This document shows positions 24,949 to 39,814 of a stretch of 64,000 nucleotides of DNA, in pieces (positions within the stretch are counted from its first letter, which is position 1; the number at the start of each line of letters is the position of its first letter). Origin of the DNA: Octopus vulgaris. Taxonomy: Eukaryota. The stretch covers positions 66,340,001-66,404,000 of the forward strand of contig OX597819.1 in NCBI GenBank assembly GCA_951406725.2. Direction: 5' to 3'. The notes beneath the pieces are model-generated. The model ran no database searches. It had not been told where the DNA came from and was given only the letters and a program-made list of their open reading frames with translations. The position numbers were made by a program, and so were the translations under genes.

Positions 24949-25371
24949 TCATATTTACATCAGGCAGTGCACTAGCATGGCCGCAGTCAAACGACTAAAA
25001 TAAGCAGAAGAATATACAATACATATATGTACACACTCACACACACACACATATATATATATACATATATATATATACATGTATAGATATATGAACTTGG
25101 TGTTTGTGTGTCTCTGTGTCTCTTCGTCGTTCTGTCCCTCTCTTTCTCTCTTACTCTGCGGCTCTTACAAACACAACGACGCACAGATATGGATGCTTCA
25201 TAATTCACATATATTTTCTATGTCTGAAAAACGCTTCGTCGAAAATTAGGTGTCTGCAATCTCAAGAAAAATATGGAAATAAACAATTCAGAGATTTTGC
25301 TATGAAAAATAGTTACTCTGTTTATAAACAATACTCTTTCCTAGTCTAGTCAGGTCTCAAAGCTTCTGGGG

Positions 25372-25953
25372 TGGGTGGGGGCTAGTCGATAAGATCGACT
25401 TCAGTACGCGACTGGTACTTAATTTATCGACCCAGAAAGGATGAAAGGTAAAGTCAACCTGGGCGGAATTTGAACTCAGAGCATGAAGACAGACGAAATA
25501 CCTATTTCTTTACTACCCACAAGGAGCTAAACACAGAGGGGACGAACAAGGACAGACAAACGGATTAAGTCGATTATATCGATCCCAGTGGGTAACTGGT
25601 ACCTATTTAATCGACCCCGAAAGGATGAAAAGCAAAGTCGACATCGCCGGAATTTGAACTCAGAACGTAGCGGCAGACGAAATACCGGTAAGCATTTCGC
25701 CCGGCGTGCTAACGTTTCTGCCAGCTCGCCGCCTTGGTGTAATAAACAATATTCTTTTCTACTCTAGGTACAAGGCCCGAAATTTTGGGGGAGGGAGTCA
25801 GTCGATTAAATCGCATCCAGTATTTAACTTATCGACTCCGAAAGGATGAAAGGCAAAGCCGACCTCTAGGGAATTTGAACTCGGAACGTAAAGACAGACC
25901 AAATACTGCTCAGCATTTCTCCCGGCTAAGCGTTTCCGCCAGCTCGTCACCTT
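25372..25953 (-). mobile_element. SINE family 1 dimer plus an adjacent monomer with TSD
   Basis: Junction gacgaaatacc|tatttc at ~25502. Monomer 25754-25953 is flanked by the direct repeat tgtaataaacaatatt (25738-53 and 25956-71). Confidence 0.85.
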
Positions 25954-26014
25954 GATGTAATAAACAATATTACCATAGATAACATCTCCTCTCTTACTTC
26001 CTTCCAAAAAAGCA

Positions 26015-26060
<46 letters not shown>

Positions 26061-26287
26061 CACGCATGAACACATACTGACATGCAGAAGAAGATAAGTT
26101 TACTAAATTGCAACTTCAAAAGCTTTTCCGTGAAAAGTTTAAGAGTTTTAAATGCAGATTATTACTCTTCGTACTTTGAAATATGAACGGTGATGCTTCT
26201 GTGAGTTTTCGTCCAGTACTCCCAACGCAGCATGTACAACCTGATTCTACTCGCAAATACTTTATAATGTAAATACTATTTCAAATG

Positions 26288-26645
26288 AGTGGAGGTGCAA
26301 TGGTCCAGTGGTTAGGGCAGCGGACTCGCTGTCGTAGGATCGAGGTTTCGATTCCCAGATGTTTCGATGTGAGTGTTTATTGAGTGGAAGTACCGAAAAC
26401 TACACGAGGTTCCGACAAGGGACGATGGCGAACCCTGCTGAACTCTTTCACCACAACTTTCTCTCATTGTTTCTTCCTGTTTCTGTTGTACCTGTATTTC
26501 AAAGGGCCAACCTTGTTAAAATCTTCCCGAGAACTACGTCAAGAGTACACGTGTCTGTGGAGTGCACAGACACTTGCACGTTAATTTCATGAGCCAGCTG
26601 TTCCGTTAATTGGATCAAATGGAACCGTCGTCGTAACCAACAGAG
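26288..26645 (+). mobile_element. SINE family 3 head with alternative 3' tail B
   Basis: Head gtggaggtgcaatggtccagtggttagggcagcggactcg; tail cacttgcacgttaatttca also occurs reversed at ~22170-22220. Confidence 0.75.
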
Positions 26646-27480
26646 AAAATGGAGGGAGATTTCAAAATGTAATACAAATTGTATTATGGATATAAGAAAT
26701 GCCTCAAGCTCTTATAATTTCAGCAAAGGAAATGTCTTCTGACGCGCACTGATATTTGCCAATCGATATAATATCATGTGCACTGTCAGAAGTGACGATC
26801 AGAACGACTGCGTGCCCGCACACACACATACTCAGACCACACATACACGCACACATTATTTGAACCACATACGCACACACACACACACACACACACTACG
26901 CACGCACATGCACACCACACAGATGCCACGCCCGCACATACACTCACATATATATGCGTGCGTGTGTCTGAGTTTATGCACATATATGCATACACCCATT
27001 CAGTTTTATTACCTTCAAGTATATTCGAACCTGAATATTCTAATTGCTGTTGTATTTTGTCATTGGTGAACACGAATGTGTGTTCTTAGCAAAATCAATT
27101 AATTGCTGGAGCTATTTCATTTTTTCCGGAAATATGTTTTTAAAACACTAAGGGCCAATTGGAACACCTGGTGTTTCAAAATCCGGCTTTTAAGTATTCA
27201 GCCGCATGCGAACTCACATAAAGAACAGGATTTATCTAAAGTCCTGCAGTAGAAACACTCTGAAGACCAACAGAAGTGATTTTTCTGTAAAAACGAGAAC
27301 CCCATCAGACATCAAAAGAAGTGCAGTAGCTTTTGAAATCGAATACGAAGTAACCACCAGTTTCAAATTTTATGCTTTTTCAGTCCAAATTAAGCATTTC
27401 GAATAGCAATTGTAATATACACAAAATTTCCAATCTACACTCAAAATCATACAATTTATTTCCATCACTTAATTATAATT

Positions 27481-27592
27481 GCCATCCTTATGCAGACACT
27501 CTGTGACTGCAATCCTTTTGCAGAGACTCCATGATTGCCATCCTTATGCAGAGACTCCGTGATCGCTATCCTTTTGCAGAGACTCCGTGATT
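27481..27592. repeat. Minisatellite, 4 x 28 bp
   Basis: Consensus gccatccttWtgcagagactccgtgatt. Confidence 0.9.
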
Positions 27593-27711
27593 TGAGCAAG
27601 TTAGAGATCTTGAAAGCGGAGGGTTCATCTGAATGGATACAACAAAATGGACTCTACTGAGGACGGCTAAATGAGAAGTAAAGGTATTACACCGAGCGAC
27701 GATATCAGATA

Positions 27712-27995
27712 TGGTTAGGGCAGCGGACGCGGTTGCAGGATCGCAGTTTCGATTCCCAGACGGGGCATTGTGAGTATTTATTGAGCGAAAGCACCTAAAG
27801 GTCCACGAGGTTCCGGCAGTGGGTGGTAGCGATCTTTGCTATACTCTTTCGCCACAACTTTCTCTCACTCTTTCTGTTGGTCTGCTCGCTTAGCCAGCGG
27901 GGTGGCGTCATTTGAAGGCTAAACCAATGCAATGCGCAATGTGACCAGCGATGTGTAGCAACATCTGATGGCCTGGTCGGTCACAGTCATCACAG
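27712..27995 (+). mobile_element. SINE family 3 head with alternative 3' tail C
   Basis: tggttagggcagcggac...ctctttcgccacaactttctctcactc, followed by an unrelated tail gtgaccagcgatgtgtagcaacatctgat. Confidence 0.75.
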
Positions 27996-28000
27996 TACTA

Positions 28001-28052
<52 letters not shown>

Positions 28053-28056
<4 letters not shown>

Positions 28057-28280
28057 GTGAAATAGAAAGATGAATAATCTTGTAGTAGATTAATCAAAAG
28101 TTTAACCGATACCTTAGTAGCAAAAATCACAGCAGTAAAACAGCACGGTTGGAGGTACAACCATATGGTGTTGCAACCGTGCGTTGGTGTGGATAATTGA
28201 AATTAGAACATTATTGGTGAATTGAAGAAATGGAGCTGAACGCAGATTGAACAGAAATCGTTTTATTTCATTCTACACAT
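28053..28280 (-). mobile_element. Solo 3'-terminal fragment of a Naiad-related PLE, in (TA)n
   Basis: Reverse complement is colinear with 3252-3470: gttcagctccatttcttc, ttcaattatcc, gcacggt...aaccgtg, gtgatttttgctac, atcggttaaa. Confidence 0.85.
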
Positions 28281-28329
28281 ATATATATGTGTGTGTGTGT
28301 ATGTGTGTGTGTGTGTGTATATACATATA

Positions 28330-28670
28330 TATAAATAATGCGGGAGATAAATTAATATTAATTTTAGTATCAATTTAAAACCAGTAGTCTAGCATACAAA
28401 AAATCTGAGAAATCAGAGAAAATTCTAATATATGTGTATATTGGCCGGGCAAGACTGCTAGGTAGTCGGCCGTATGCTAGAAATAGATCATCAACGATCA
28501 AACTACAAAGAAAGTTCTCTAGAGGAAAAATTCAGCGAACACCAGAACCAAATTTGGCGGGCAGGACAGATGAAAATTTATATAAAAAGCAGAATTAATT
28601 GCATACCTCGGTTTCAGCCTTTAATAAAAGAATTACTTACGTAATTCAAATGTCCGTGGCTTCACAAGTG
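28330..28670 (-). mobile_element. Probable PLE tail with a decayed HHR
   Basis: Reverse complement reads caCTTGTGAagcc...ggctGAAACcgagGTAtg; carries the tatttctag motif shared with other tails; ends in TA. Confidence 0.4.
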
Positions 28671-29539
28671 TGTGCGCGTAAGAGTGTATTTGTCTATATC
28701 GAAAGTGGTATAAAACATTTTAAAGCAGTGCATATAGTAAGCTAGAAATGGATAGAGTTGACAATATAACCCTCTGTAATGAGGATAATTTAAAAAGGAG
28801 TACAGGATGGAGCAAAATAAGCGCCTAGATTTTTCAGTCTTGAAAAACATTCGAACAGCAACCGCACGGTGTGCAGCAGCTCGAACCAGAATGTTACAAT
28901 AAAAAAAAAAAGAGATACAAACTTAGCCATATAACAACATCTTTATCACCTTCTTACGTTCACGAGAGCCAAGTCAATGGTCAGGCAAGCATGAGAGATT
29001 ATTTCTCACCCTGTGTCGCTACTGAATGTAGTGATTACGTGTCAGATACATCAGTTCAATATATATTTTTGACGTTCCTTATCAGAAATATATTTATACG
29101 AATGTAGCAGAAAGGGGAAAGACAAATAATATATTTAAGTCGACAGTACAACATTGTGTAGGTCAAATTGATAAACTATATATATTAAGCAAGTAACACC
29201 AAGATGGAAAGAAAACCACGTGTCAACGAAATTCCGATTTGCGCATTATTAAAAGTTAGTCTTGGAATAGAAACGGTCAGTAAATAGTGGGGAGGATTTT
29301 GAAAATTGAATGAATGACTGACTGCATGTGTGTGTCTCTTTGTGTGTATGTGTGTCAGTGTGTGTGTATGTGTATTTGCATGAGAAGTGCGTATATATAT
29401 ACATGAGTGTGTGTATTTACATGTTCACATATAGGTTTTTCAAACCCCAGGAATTGTAAAGGTCGGTTGCTCTTTCTCCGGGGTGTACAAGGGACTAAAA
29501 TGACATCAGCATCGGTCCGTTGCAGAGTTCACTTGACTG

Positions 29540-29675
29540 CTGATTTTTCTTCTTAACGGCCCCGAAGGGATGAAAGGCAAAGTTGGCTTTGGCAGGATTT
29601 GAACTACGATCGTAAAAGGCGCGAATACAGCTAAGAAATTTATCCGACGCACTAACGATATTCCCAGCTCGTCGC
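29540..29675 (-). mobile_element. SINE family 1, diverged
   Basis: ccccgaagggatgaaaggcaaagt...ccagctcgtcgcc. Confidence 0.7.
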
Positions 29676-29790
29676 CAAACACATATATATAAATACACAT
29701 AGACACTATGTTTTGTCTCTAGCTCCCCGTCTGTCTTTATCTATAACTGCGCATTTAATCCATTTCACTCCTCTTTTCGTTCTACATATG

Positions 29791-29840
<50 letters not shown>

Positions 29841-29926
29841 CATATATACGTGTGTGCACGTGCGTGCCTGCGTGAGTTTGTATGTGTATACGCACATTTA
29901 TCTATAATATATATATTTATCTATAA

Positions 29927-29985
<59 letters not shown>

Positions 29986-30547
29986 TGTATGTGTGTGTGT
30001 ATATGTGTATGTGTGTGTATATGTGTATGTGTGTGTATATGTGTGTTTGTGTGTACAGACTTGTATGTATGTAGATGTGTATCTCGCATATAAACAAAGT
30101 CACACATTTATCTAAAATTCATATATTCTAACATTCTATGGCCGACGAATACTTAATTAAAATCTTTAATCTCCAGACTAACTTTCAGTCCATCCTTTTT
30201 CGGAGTTCAGCCGAGGTTGCATTTAAAGGTTTCTGTAGAATCTATTTTTTGATATCGATTCATACTTTTTCAGCTTTTAAAAAACATCTTGATTTTCGAA
30301 TTTATGACCTCTGTAACGGCTGGTCTCTTTGCTTATAAACGGATTACGATGTCTGATACAAGTATATAAATATATTTTTGATTCAGAAGAAGGCAAGAAT
30401 ATGAAAATAGACTTTAAAAAAATATAAGACGTCTATTGCGAATTCTGGTTCAAATATTCCTGCATTTAATTTGAAAAATTCGAAATAGTAATATTTTTAT
30501 TTATTCCCACAATAATTTTCCGGCTCTCATCACCACATTATATATAG

Positions 30548-30800
30548 GGCGCATGGCTTATTGGCTAGGGTGTTGCACTCACGGTTGCGAGAACAAGGGT
30601 TCGATTCCCAGAGCGGGCGTTGCACTGTGTTGTTGAGCAAAGCACTTCATTTCACGTCGCTCTACGAACATTTCGTCATCTGACATGTGGCACACGTTGC
30701 ATCTGTACAAGTAATGTCGATTTGATGGAAGGAACAAGCTTATGGGAATACAAACAACTGATCACTATAAACGAATCATGTGTGTGGTTGTTCGGCAAAA
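30548..30800 (+). mobile_element. tRNA-derived SINE, diverged
   Basis: gcgcatggcttattggctagg...gggttcgattccc (A and B boxes). Confidence 0.55.
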
Positions 30801-31378
30801 GCTTAGTCACGCTAGAGTTACATAAATAAAGTCTATCCAAGTACACTTGCATGTAGTATATGCAGGTAAAGTCCTATTCAATAACGTTGAGGCCTTTTGA
30901 CCATTTACACATATGAGTAAATGCTATTTTATTGCTTTAGTTAAAAAAAAAAAGAGAAAAAACGTCAAAATATAGAACGTACTGTGATGATGAAACACCG
31001 GCTACGATAATTAGGATATGAGGTTATAATGAAGGAAGAGAGATTTCCTCGTAAAATACCCGTTAGTGGACTAATATGTAACACATCATGAAATATCTTG
31101 ACCGCCTTTGCAAATATCAGACAGAATTATATTTTAAAATCGCTGAAAGTGAAGCGTAAGAAATTAAAACTAAGAAGCAGGCGTCGTTCATGCATCGCTG
31201 GTGTTGATATTTTGAAGGCAACAGAAAGTGAGAATTTGAAAAAAAATAAGAAAAAATCATTGAATATCACTCATGTCCACCGCGAGGGTTTACTTGGTGT
31301 TAGTGTTCCCGCGTAGGTGAGAGAACTCAGTATTCAGCATGTACGTCCATCAAAATAGGGCACAATGACACGGACACA

Positions 31379-31420
<42 letters not shown>

Positions 31421-31629
31421 ATCACTCTCACTCACACATACACAAATACACACTACACACCCTCACACGCACGCACACACACACCTATTAATACATATAT
31501 CAATATATTTCACGTATATATTTTTATAGATATAAAAATATGCATATATGTATATGTGTGTGCGAGAATGCATATATTTATTTTTATGTATGTGTATACG
31601 CAGGCGTGTATATATGCTTATATTTGTAT

Positions 31630-31670
<41 letters not shown>

Positions 31671-31739
31671 CATACATAGCTATATGTGTATAATAAATAT
31701 AATTATAAATATATATATTTATGTGTGTATATATATATA

Positions 31740-32140
31740 GGTGGAAGGGATGCAGTGTGGTAAGTAGCTTGCTCACCAAACACATGGCTCCGGGCTTAGT
31801 CCTTGAGCAAGTGTCTTTTATCATAGGCTAGGCCGACCAAAGCCATGTGAGAGGAAACTGAAAAAAGCCCGTCCTATGTGTTTGTGTGTGTGCGTCCGTG
31901 TGTGTGCGTGTGTGTGTGTGTGCATGCGTGTTTGTGTCTGTATTTGACCCCCAACAATCGCTTGACAAATGATATTGGTGTGCTTATGTCATCCCATTTA
32001 GCAGTTCGGCAAGAGAGACCGATATAATAACTACTAGTCGTAGAAAGAATAAGTACTTTTGGTCGATTTATTCGACTAAAGGCGGTGCCCCAGTATGACC
32101 GCAGTAAAATGACTGACACAAAAAAAAAAAGAATAAAAGG
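31740..32140 (+). mobile_element. SINE family 2
   Basis: Matches 39815-40224. Confidence 0.75.
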
Positions 32141-32172
<32 letters not shown>

Positions 32173-32263
32173 TACGGTGGTGCATCAGCATGGCCGCATC
32201 TCTGAGCTGAAACAAAATATATATATATATATTTATATATAGAGATAAGTGTGTGTGTAAATG

Positions 32264-32320
<57 letters not shown>

Positions 32321-32334
32321 TACATATATATACA

Positions 32335-32367
<33 letters not shown>

Positions 32368-32370
32368 TAT

Positions 32371-32422
<52 letters not shown>

Positions 32423-32909
32423 ACATACATGCATGTATACATACATCCATACATGCATACATACATACATACATACATACATACATACATACATACATAC
32501 ATACAAATATACATACATATATCAATTATGAATGAGTGTGCGTAATATTCGGAATTTCATTCACTTTCTTGCAGACAGTAATAACTGAATTAATAATAGT
32601 CGAACATTAGAAATGATATGAAGGCGATGGTGAAATCATAATAGTTTTGTATTCTCCAGCACAAACCGAGAGAGTTAGAAATAGAAAGTGAAGACATTAC
32701 TGGTTTGAGTTTATTTCAACTCTGACCTATAATAGTCAGAAACACACTGCTGTTTAAATTATAATGGACCCTTAGGACACTTGAAGTGTCCTAAACGTAT
32801 AGAGCAAATTCTTATCAATATAATGCATCGAGTTTGCCGCTGAATACATTTTCGGGTTGTTATAAATAGTATACGTATGCATGTACGTATGTATATATGT
32901 ATACACCCC

Positions 32910-32989
<80 letters not shown>

Positions 32990-33237
32990 TATACACATAT
33001 ATATACATATATATATATACAAACATATATATATATATGTGTGTATAATATGTATATACACACACACACACATATATATATATATGTATATACATATTAT
33101 ACACATATATATACATATATATATATATACATACATACATATATATATATATATGTATATACATATTATACACATATACATATATATATATACATACATA
33201 CATATATATATATATGTATATACATATTATACACATA

Positions 33238-33269
<32 letters not shown>

Positions 33270-34008
33270 CACACACATATTATTATTATTACCTTATTTT
33301 TACTGTATATAACGGTAATAAATACTACTTTATTAAAATTTTTCTTGGTTACTATAGTTTCCTTTAAAAGGAGCGAAACATTGTTTAAAGTAAGGAGCGC
33401 ACACGAGTCAACGTAGTGTATATTTTAGAAATAGATGTTAAATGCTATTTTAAACTAAAGATCGCAAAGCATGTTTGTCATGTAAAGTGTGAAATCAATT
33501 GGTATTGGAATATATATATATCATTACCTATGTATTCACAGCAAAGATAAACCTGTTTCTGAAATACTCATGACATTGCTCGTGTGTATCTTTATCGTAA
33601 ATTTTACGGTGAATTTTAGAGCATTGGCTCTGATTTTTGCAAGAACGTTATATCTAATCTTTAATTACTATATATATGTATATGTATGTATGTTTATATG
33701 TATGTATGTTTATATGTATGTACACATATATGCATATGATATGTACACACACGCATATATATATACGTGTCGTTATACATATTCATATGAATGTATATAA
33801 ATATTTATATGTATATTTACCGGGCACATGAGCCTGGCTAGGCTTTAAAAGGGCGCATTTATTAAACATATATATATATATATATATATAAATAATACTT
33901 TTGATATATATTTAAAATAATATAAATTAAATTAATTTTATGTATTGGCTAATGTTTTTCATTGTTTGATTTGCCTAATAGTGGTTTTATCTCTAATTTA
34001 ATATAATA

Positions 34009-34052
<44 letters not shown>

Positions 34053-34067
34053 GCGTATATGATATAT

Positions 34068-34119
<52 letters not shown>

Positions 34120-34140
34120 GCATATATGACATATGATGTA

Positions 34141-34192
<52 letters not shown>

Positions 34193-34853
34193 GCATTTGT
34201 ATTTGGAGTTCGAATTTTCGAATTCCATTCCTTTCCACACCGAAATCAAAATCTTTTTTCATCGAAGCAATAAATTTAGCGAATGAAACATTCATATTTA
34301 CGTAATGATGTTTATCTGCTTGTTAAAATTCCTGTGAATGTCGTTTATTGTGATATCTCTATTCTAGTTTGTTCTATACGTTCACATATTTCCTCTGTCG
34401 TCACGAGCCCTCTCTTCTTAATGCTTAATAAATTCCAAATGAATGTTCGGTAATTTTCGTCAATGATGAATGATTAAGTTAACTTAATTTTGACGTGTAA
34501 GCAATGGTTCTTTGATATTACGCATCCCTATTTTCAATCAGTTTCTCAAATTGAAAATATGTTAAGTTGAAATTTCGCATGGGATTGCTGTATATTTCTA
34601 TACGTCTATGTGTCTGTATGGGTATGTATGTATGCATGTATGTATGTAGTTATGTATGTAGATATGTATGTATTTATGTATGCATGTAATGTGTGTGTAC
34701 GTTCGTATGCATGTATGTATACTGTATAATGCATGTATGCTGTATTATGCATTTAAGAATATATATACATATTATTATCAATGGGTGAGATGGTGTTGTT
34801 GGTCTCCCACTTATTTTACTCTTTTTCTTCTTTTTCTTCTGCTTCTTCTTCTT

Positions 34854-34951
<98 letters not shown>

Positions 34952-34959
34952 CATTATTA

Positions 34960-35130
34960 TATGATTGACTTTTGTTTTGTATTTGCACAAGTTGATTTGA
35001 AGTCTTACTCAGAGACCTCAAGAGACAACAAGTTAGAATTTCAAGTTAGTGTTATGCCTAGAGTGCTAAATATTCGGTTTTGCACAAAGTATTGTTCTAG
35101 AGATTGTTTAAGAAAACATATGAATATCAT
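34960..35130 (-). mobile_element. 3' UTR of an R4/Dong-like element ending in (TAA)n
   Basis: Reverse complement ttgtctcttgaggtctctgagtaagactt...aaaagtcaa matches 61985-62055. Confidence 0.7.
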
Positions 35131-35189
35131 AAAAATACAAAAAAGTTATTGTTTTTGTTATTGTTGTTGTTGTTGTTGTTGTTGTTGTT

Positions 35190-35570
35190 AAGGTGGTGAG
35201 CTGGCAGAATCGTTAGCCTAGAAGAATTTCGCCGTTCGCTACGTTCTGAATTCAAATTCCTCCGCAGTCGACATTGCCTTACATCCTTTCGGTGTCGATA
35301 AATTAAGTACCAATGGCAAGAATAGAGTTTCTTGCCATTTATCAGTCAGAATATCTAAGGTAGCAGTTTTCGTACGCGTTTGTCTGCGCTTAGCTTTTTC
35401 TGTACTTGTTTCCTAGACGTATAAATCCGATATTTGTTGTATTTGGAATTCACTTATATATATTCATTTACCCGTTTTGTCACTGAGTATGATGCTTTCT
35501 TGTTTTCGTGCTTTAAAACAGTTTTAACATCCAGTCATCAGAGATTTTCAGGTACGTGTTGAGGTCAAAT

Positions 35571-35605
<35 letters not shown>

Positions 35606-35812
35606 TATTATTCAAGCGGTGAGCTGGCAGAATCGTTAGCATGCCGGGTAACACAGCTAGCGTTATTTCGTCCTTCTTGACGTCCCGAGTTCAAATTCGA
35701 CATCGCCTTTCTTTCTTTTGGGTTTGTTGAATTAAGTACCAGTTGTATACTAGGATGGATGTAATCGGTTCATCCCTTCACACCAAATTTCAGTCCTTGT
35801 GCCTTCGGAAGA
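35190..35812 (+). mobile_element. Two SINE family 1 copies (35190-35312 and 35615-35812)
   Basis: Both begin with the head ggtgagctggcagaatcgttagc. Confidence 0.75.
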
Positions 35813-35827
35813 AAAAATAATAATAAC

Positions 35828-35902
<75 letters not shown>

Positions 35903-36014
35903 CATTATTATTATTATTATCAAGTGAAAAAAGTTAAAAATTGTACAATATGTATAAAGTAATACATTGAGTTCTGTGTATCCTGTTTATTCTACCAAAC
36001 GTATATTTATCTGT

Positions 36015-36076
<62 letters not shown>

Positions 36077-36149
36077 CTGTCGGTACCTATCTGTCTCTTT
36101 AGATATACGTATGCATGTATGTATGTAATTATGTATGTGTGTATGCACA

Positions 36150-36232
<83 letters not shown>

Positions 36233-36263
36233 ACCTCTCTCTCTCTATCTATCTATCTATCTA

Positions 36264-36295
<32 letters not shown>

Positions 36296-37372
36296 CAAAA
36301 TATCTGAACGTGTTTTATATATTTAACACTATCAGCATGTATGCCTTTATCTAATTATCTATCTGTCCTTCTCGAATGTATCTTTGATTTTGTGTGTATG
36401 TATGTCCATGTATGTATGCTTGTATGCGAAAAGGAAATGGTATAAAGAGCTAGGAGAGTATATATAAGTTTGATTCATGAAAAGTAGATACAACAAATTT
36501 GAAAAAAATCCCAGTTACTTTAACATGATTGTGATTAGGAAAATAAAACAAGTTATACATACATGAAAATAAATAAATCTATCCTCTATATTTAAAATAC
36601 TCAGAAATAGAATTTCTGTATTCTTTATAATTTTCTGTTAGGATTATATTCCCGTTGAAATTCCTCCGCCTGCCACAAAAAGAACAACGTTTATGAATAT
36701 TTGTCTTTCTTCCTCTCCATCCTTAGTGCTGCTGATGTACATTAAGGATTTACATGTCTATTTATATAAGCATATATTTGTGTACATGCATATATGTATG
36801 TATATGTTATTATTCTTTGAGTTTAATTTAAATTCTGCTTGAGAGATTTCAAGCCAGTCGCTAACAAAGAAGTAAGACTTTCTGAGTTGAGAGCGTTCCC
36901 GCATCAATTAATAAGTGGTTGAGTTGGTGTGTCGTTTGAACTCTCGATGCACGCACTTGAGTGTGTGTATCTCTTTATATACGAACCGCAGATGGAGAAT
37001 TTTGGATCATGCCTTACAAATCTTCGCTGTGACATTACTAAATTGGATTTGGAGAATCCGTGTCACCTTCTTTTGCTCTGATTCCATGAAACCGAGTATT
37101 TCTAAATTTTTGTGCAAATTTATATATGCATATGCGTGTGTATGTATGCATGTATCTATGTATGCATGTATGTATGTATATATGTATGTATGTATTTATG
37201 TATGTATGTGTGTGTATGTATATATGAATGAATGATGATAAATATGTCTCATTTATCTTTTTCTTTCGTTGTTCGAAAAAGTTTGTTTTCCTGTTTTTTA
37301 TGTTCTCTTTTGGTTTTGATATCCTCTACCCAAATATGGATGTATATATACTTATATATGTATGTATGTATG

Positions 37373-37423
<51 letters not shown>

Positions 37424-37539
37424 ATATATATATGCATATATATATATATATATATAATATATATATATACATATATATATACATATATATATATATATTG
37501 TTTATATTATTATATGATCGAACGCCACGCATCCATTTC

Positions 37540-37588
<49 letters not shown>

Positions 37589-38065
37589 ATATATATGTAT
37601 ATATATACATATATAAGTTTATATGTATATATACGTATAAAAATATACATACATATATCTATATATATATACACACACATATATATACATATATACATAT
37701 ATACATATATATATATATATGTGGTTGTGTGTGTGTGTATATGTGTGTGTATAAAAAGTCAAGGTAGAAAATGCTAAAATAATTTAATAAAATACGTCTA
37801 AGTTCCGGTTTCATGCATCATAATCCTCCAAAGAAATTTTTCCAAGGACTATTATTGATCTCTTAAAGCATGAAGACTCTACAATGGATTGATATACTTA
37901 TTTATTAATTTTTGTATATATGTATTATTATTTTTTTGAAAAAACATTGTAAATTTCTTTTTCCCCTACCTCAATTTAAAAAAATAAATTTTCCCTTCCA
38001 AATCTTGAAAATTTGCCTTGCAATGAAAACCGGCTTGACCTATTATTTTTTCAAATTAGCATTCA

Positions 38066-38119
<54 letters not shown>

Positions 38120-38960
38120 GATGGACTTTCACGCAATGTCTTTATACCAGATTCATTCAGAAGGTATTGTGTGGCCTGGAAATATAATAAAAGAAACTAG
38201 TCTAAGTTACTGCGTAGTAGAACTCTGTCCGAAATACCTCGTTTCAAAGCGAGCTTTTTACTACACATCCATACTTGCGACGATAATTTATATGAGCAAA
38301 ATAATTCAGCAAAATTTTAGAGCTATCATGATGCATGCTATGACAAAAAAACTATAGTTGGGTAAATCTGATTGAGTCAAAGAGAGATATGCTCTACTGA
38401 ATTTTAAACATCATTGTTTTCCTGAAAATGCATTACTTGTACTACCACTCCGTAACTACATAGCGTAACAGAAAATATATTCGTTGATGATATTTAATAA
38501 ACGCCATATTTGATTTCTATTAATCGTCATAAACAATTTTGAAATATTTAGGTAATTTTAATTTTTGCCCATATCTACACTTTATGATGAATAGAAACCC
38601 GATTTTCTGTGTTAATGTAAGTATTTATAATTTTTCCTTTCTATTGCATCCTACTTTAATATTTTCCAAAATTAAGTTCTATGTTTTATAAAACTGTATT
38701 CCATTTCATCAAAGTTTATTCCATATCGTTCCAAACTATTGTCAGATTGAAGGAAATAAAAATAACCAAACGTACAACAGAGAGAAAATATTGTTATCAA
38801 CAACAAGCAAATAAAACTTCAGTTTCTGAGGCTGTTGCTTGTGAAGGACAAAAACAAAACATAAGGTAATATTATCCTCTAAAGATATTTAACATCAATA
38901 CAAAACGTTTGAACTTCCAGATGAATATTCATAGATCTATTTACTTCCATTACACACACA

Positions 38961-39027
<67 letters not shown>

Positions 39028-39234
39028 ACACACACATATATATTTGTGTGTGTGTGAATGTGCGTATTCTTTGATTCTGGAGTTGTGTAGGATATAACAA
39101 GTTATCAAATAGTAAAATTACAGTTTAGAAAAGACGTACTAAAATAAAATATGTATATATATATATGAAACTATTTATGTAAATATATATGCACACACGC
39201 ACACTCAAGCACACACACACACGCACATCAATGC

Positions 39235-39342
<108 letters not shown>

Positions 39343-39365
39343 CTATATATACCTGCCTACATATG

Positions 39366-39405
<40 letters not shown>

Positions 39406-39814
39406 GAGAGGGAGGTTGAGAGAGGGAGAGAACGTGAAATATCGATATGGAGATATATTAACATATGTCTATATGTTTGTATATAAACAACAGTATATAT
39501 ACATGCAGAGGAAGGGCCGGTGTATTTGTGGTGTGTGTATGTGTATGTTTGTGTCTCTATAGTTGTGTGTTTGTGTTGATGCCTCTATGTATGTGGCAAT
39601 AATTTACTAGCCTGAGAGGCTGAAACAAAACTAGCAGCTGCACTCACCTTCAAAAATGCACCCACACATGCACATACGCACACACGCGCGCACACACACA
39701 CATGTTATACAGAAATGAAATTATATTACATTGAAAAATAAATATGAAGATATTGCTCAAAGACTATTGCAAAGATAAAATATAGTTTATCTACCTATGC
39801 ATTTTCATATATAT

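Noticed and set aside
27481-27592. CRISPR-like array
   Set aside because: Contiguous repeats, no spacers, eukaryotic context.
37775-38066. Loose inverted similarity around GAAA(A)CCGG motifs
   Set aside because: Identity too low; possibly old PLE stubs, but not demonstrable.
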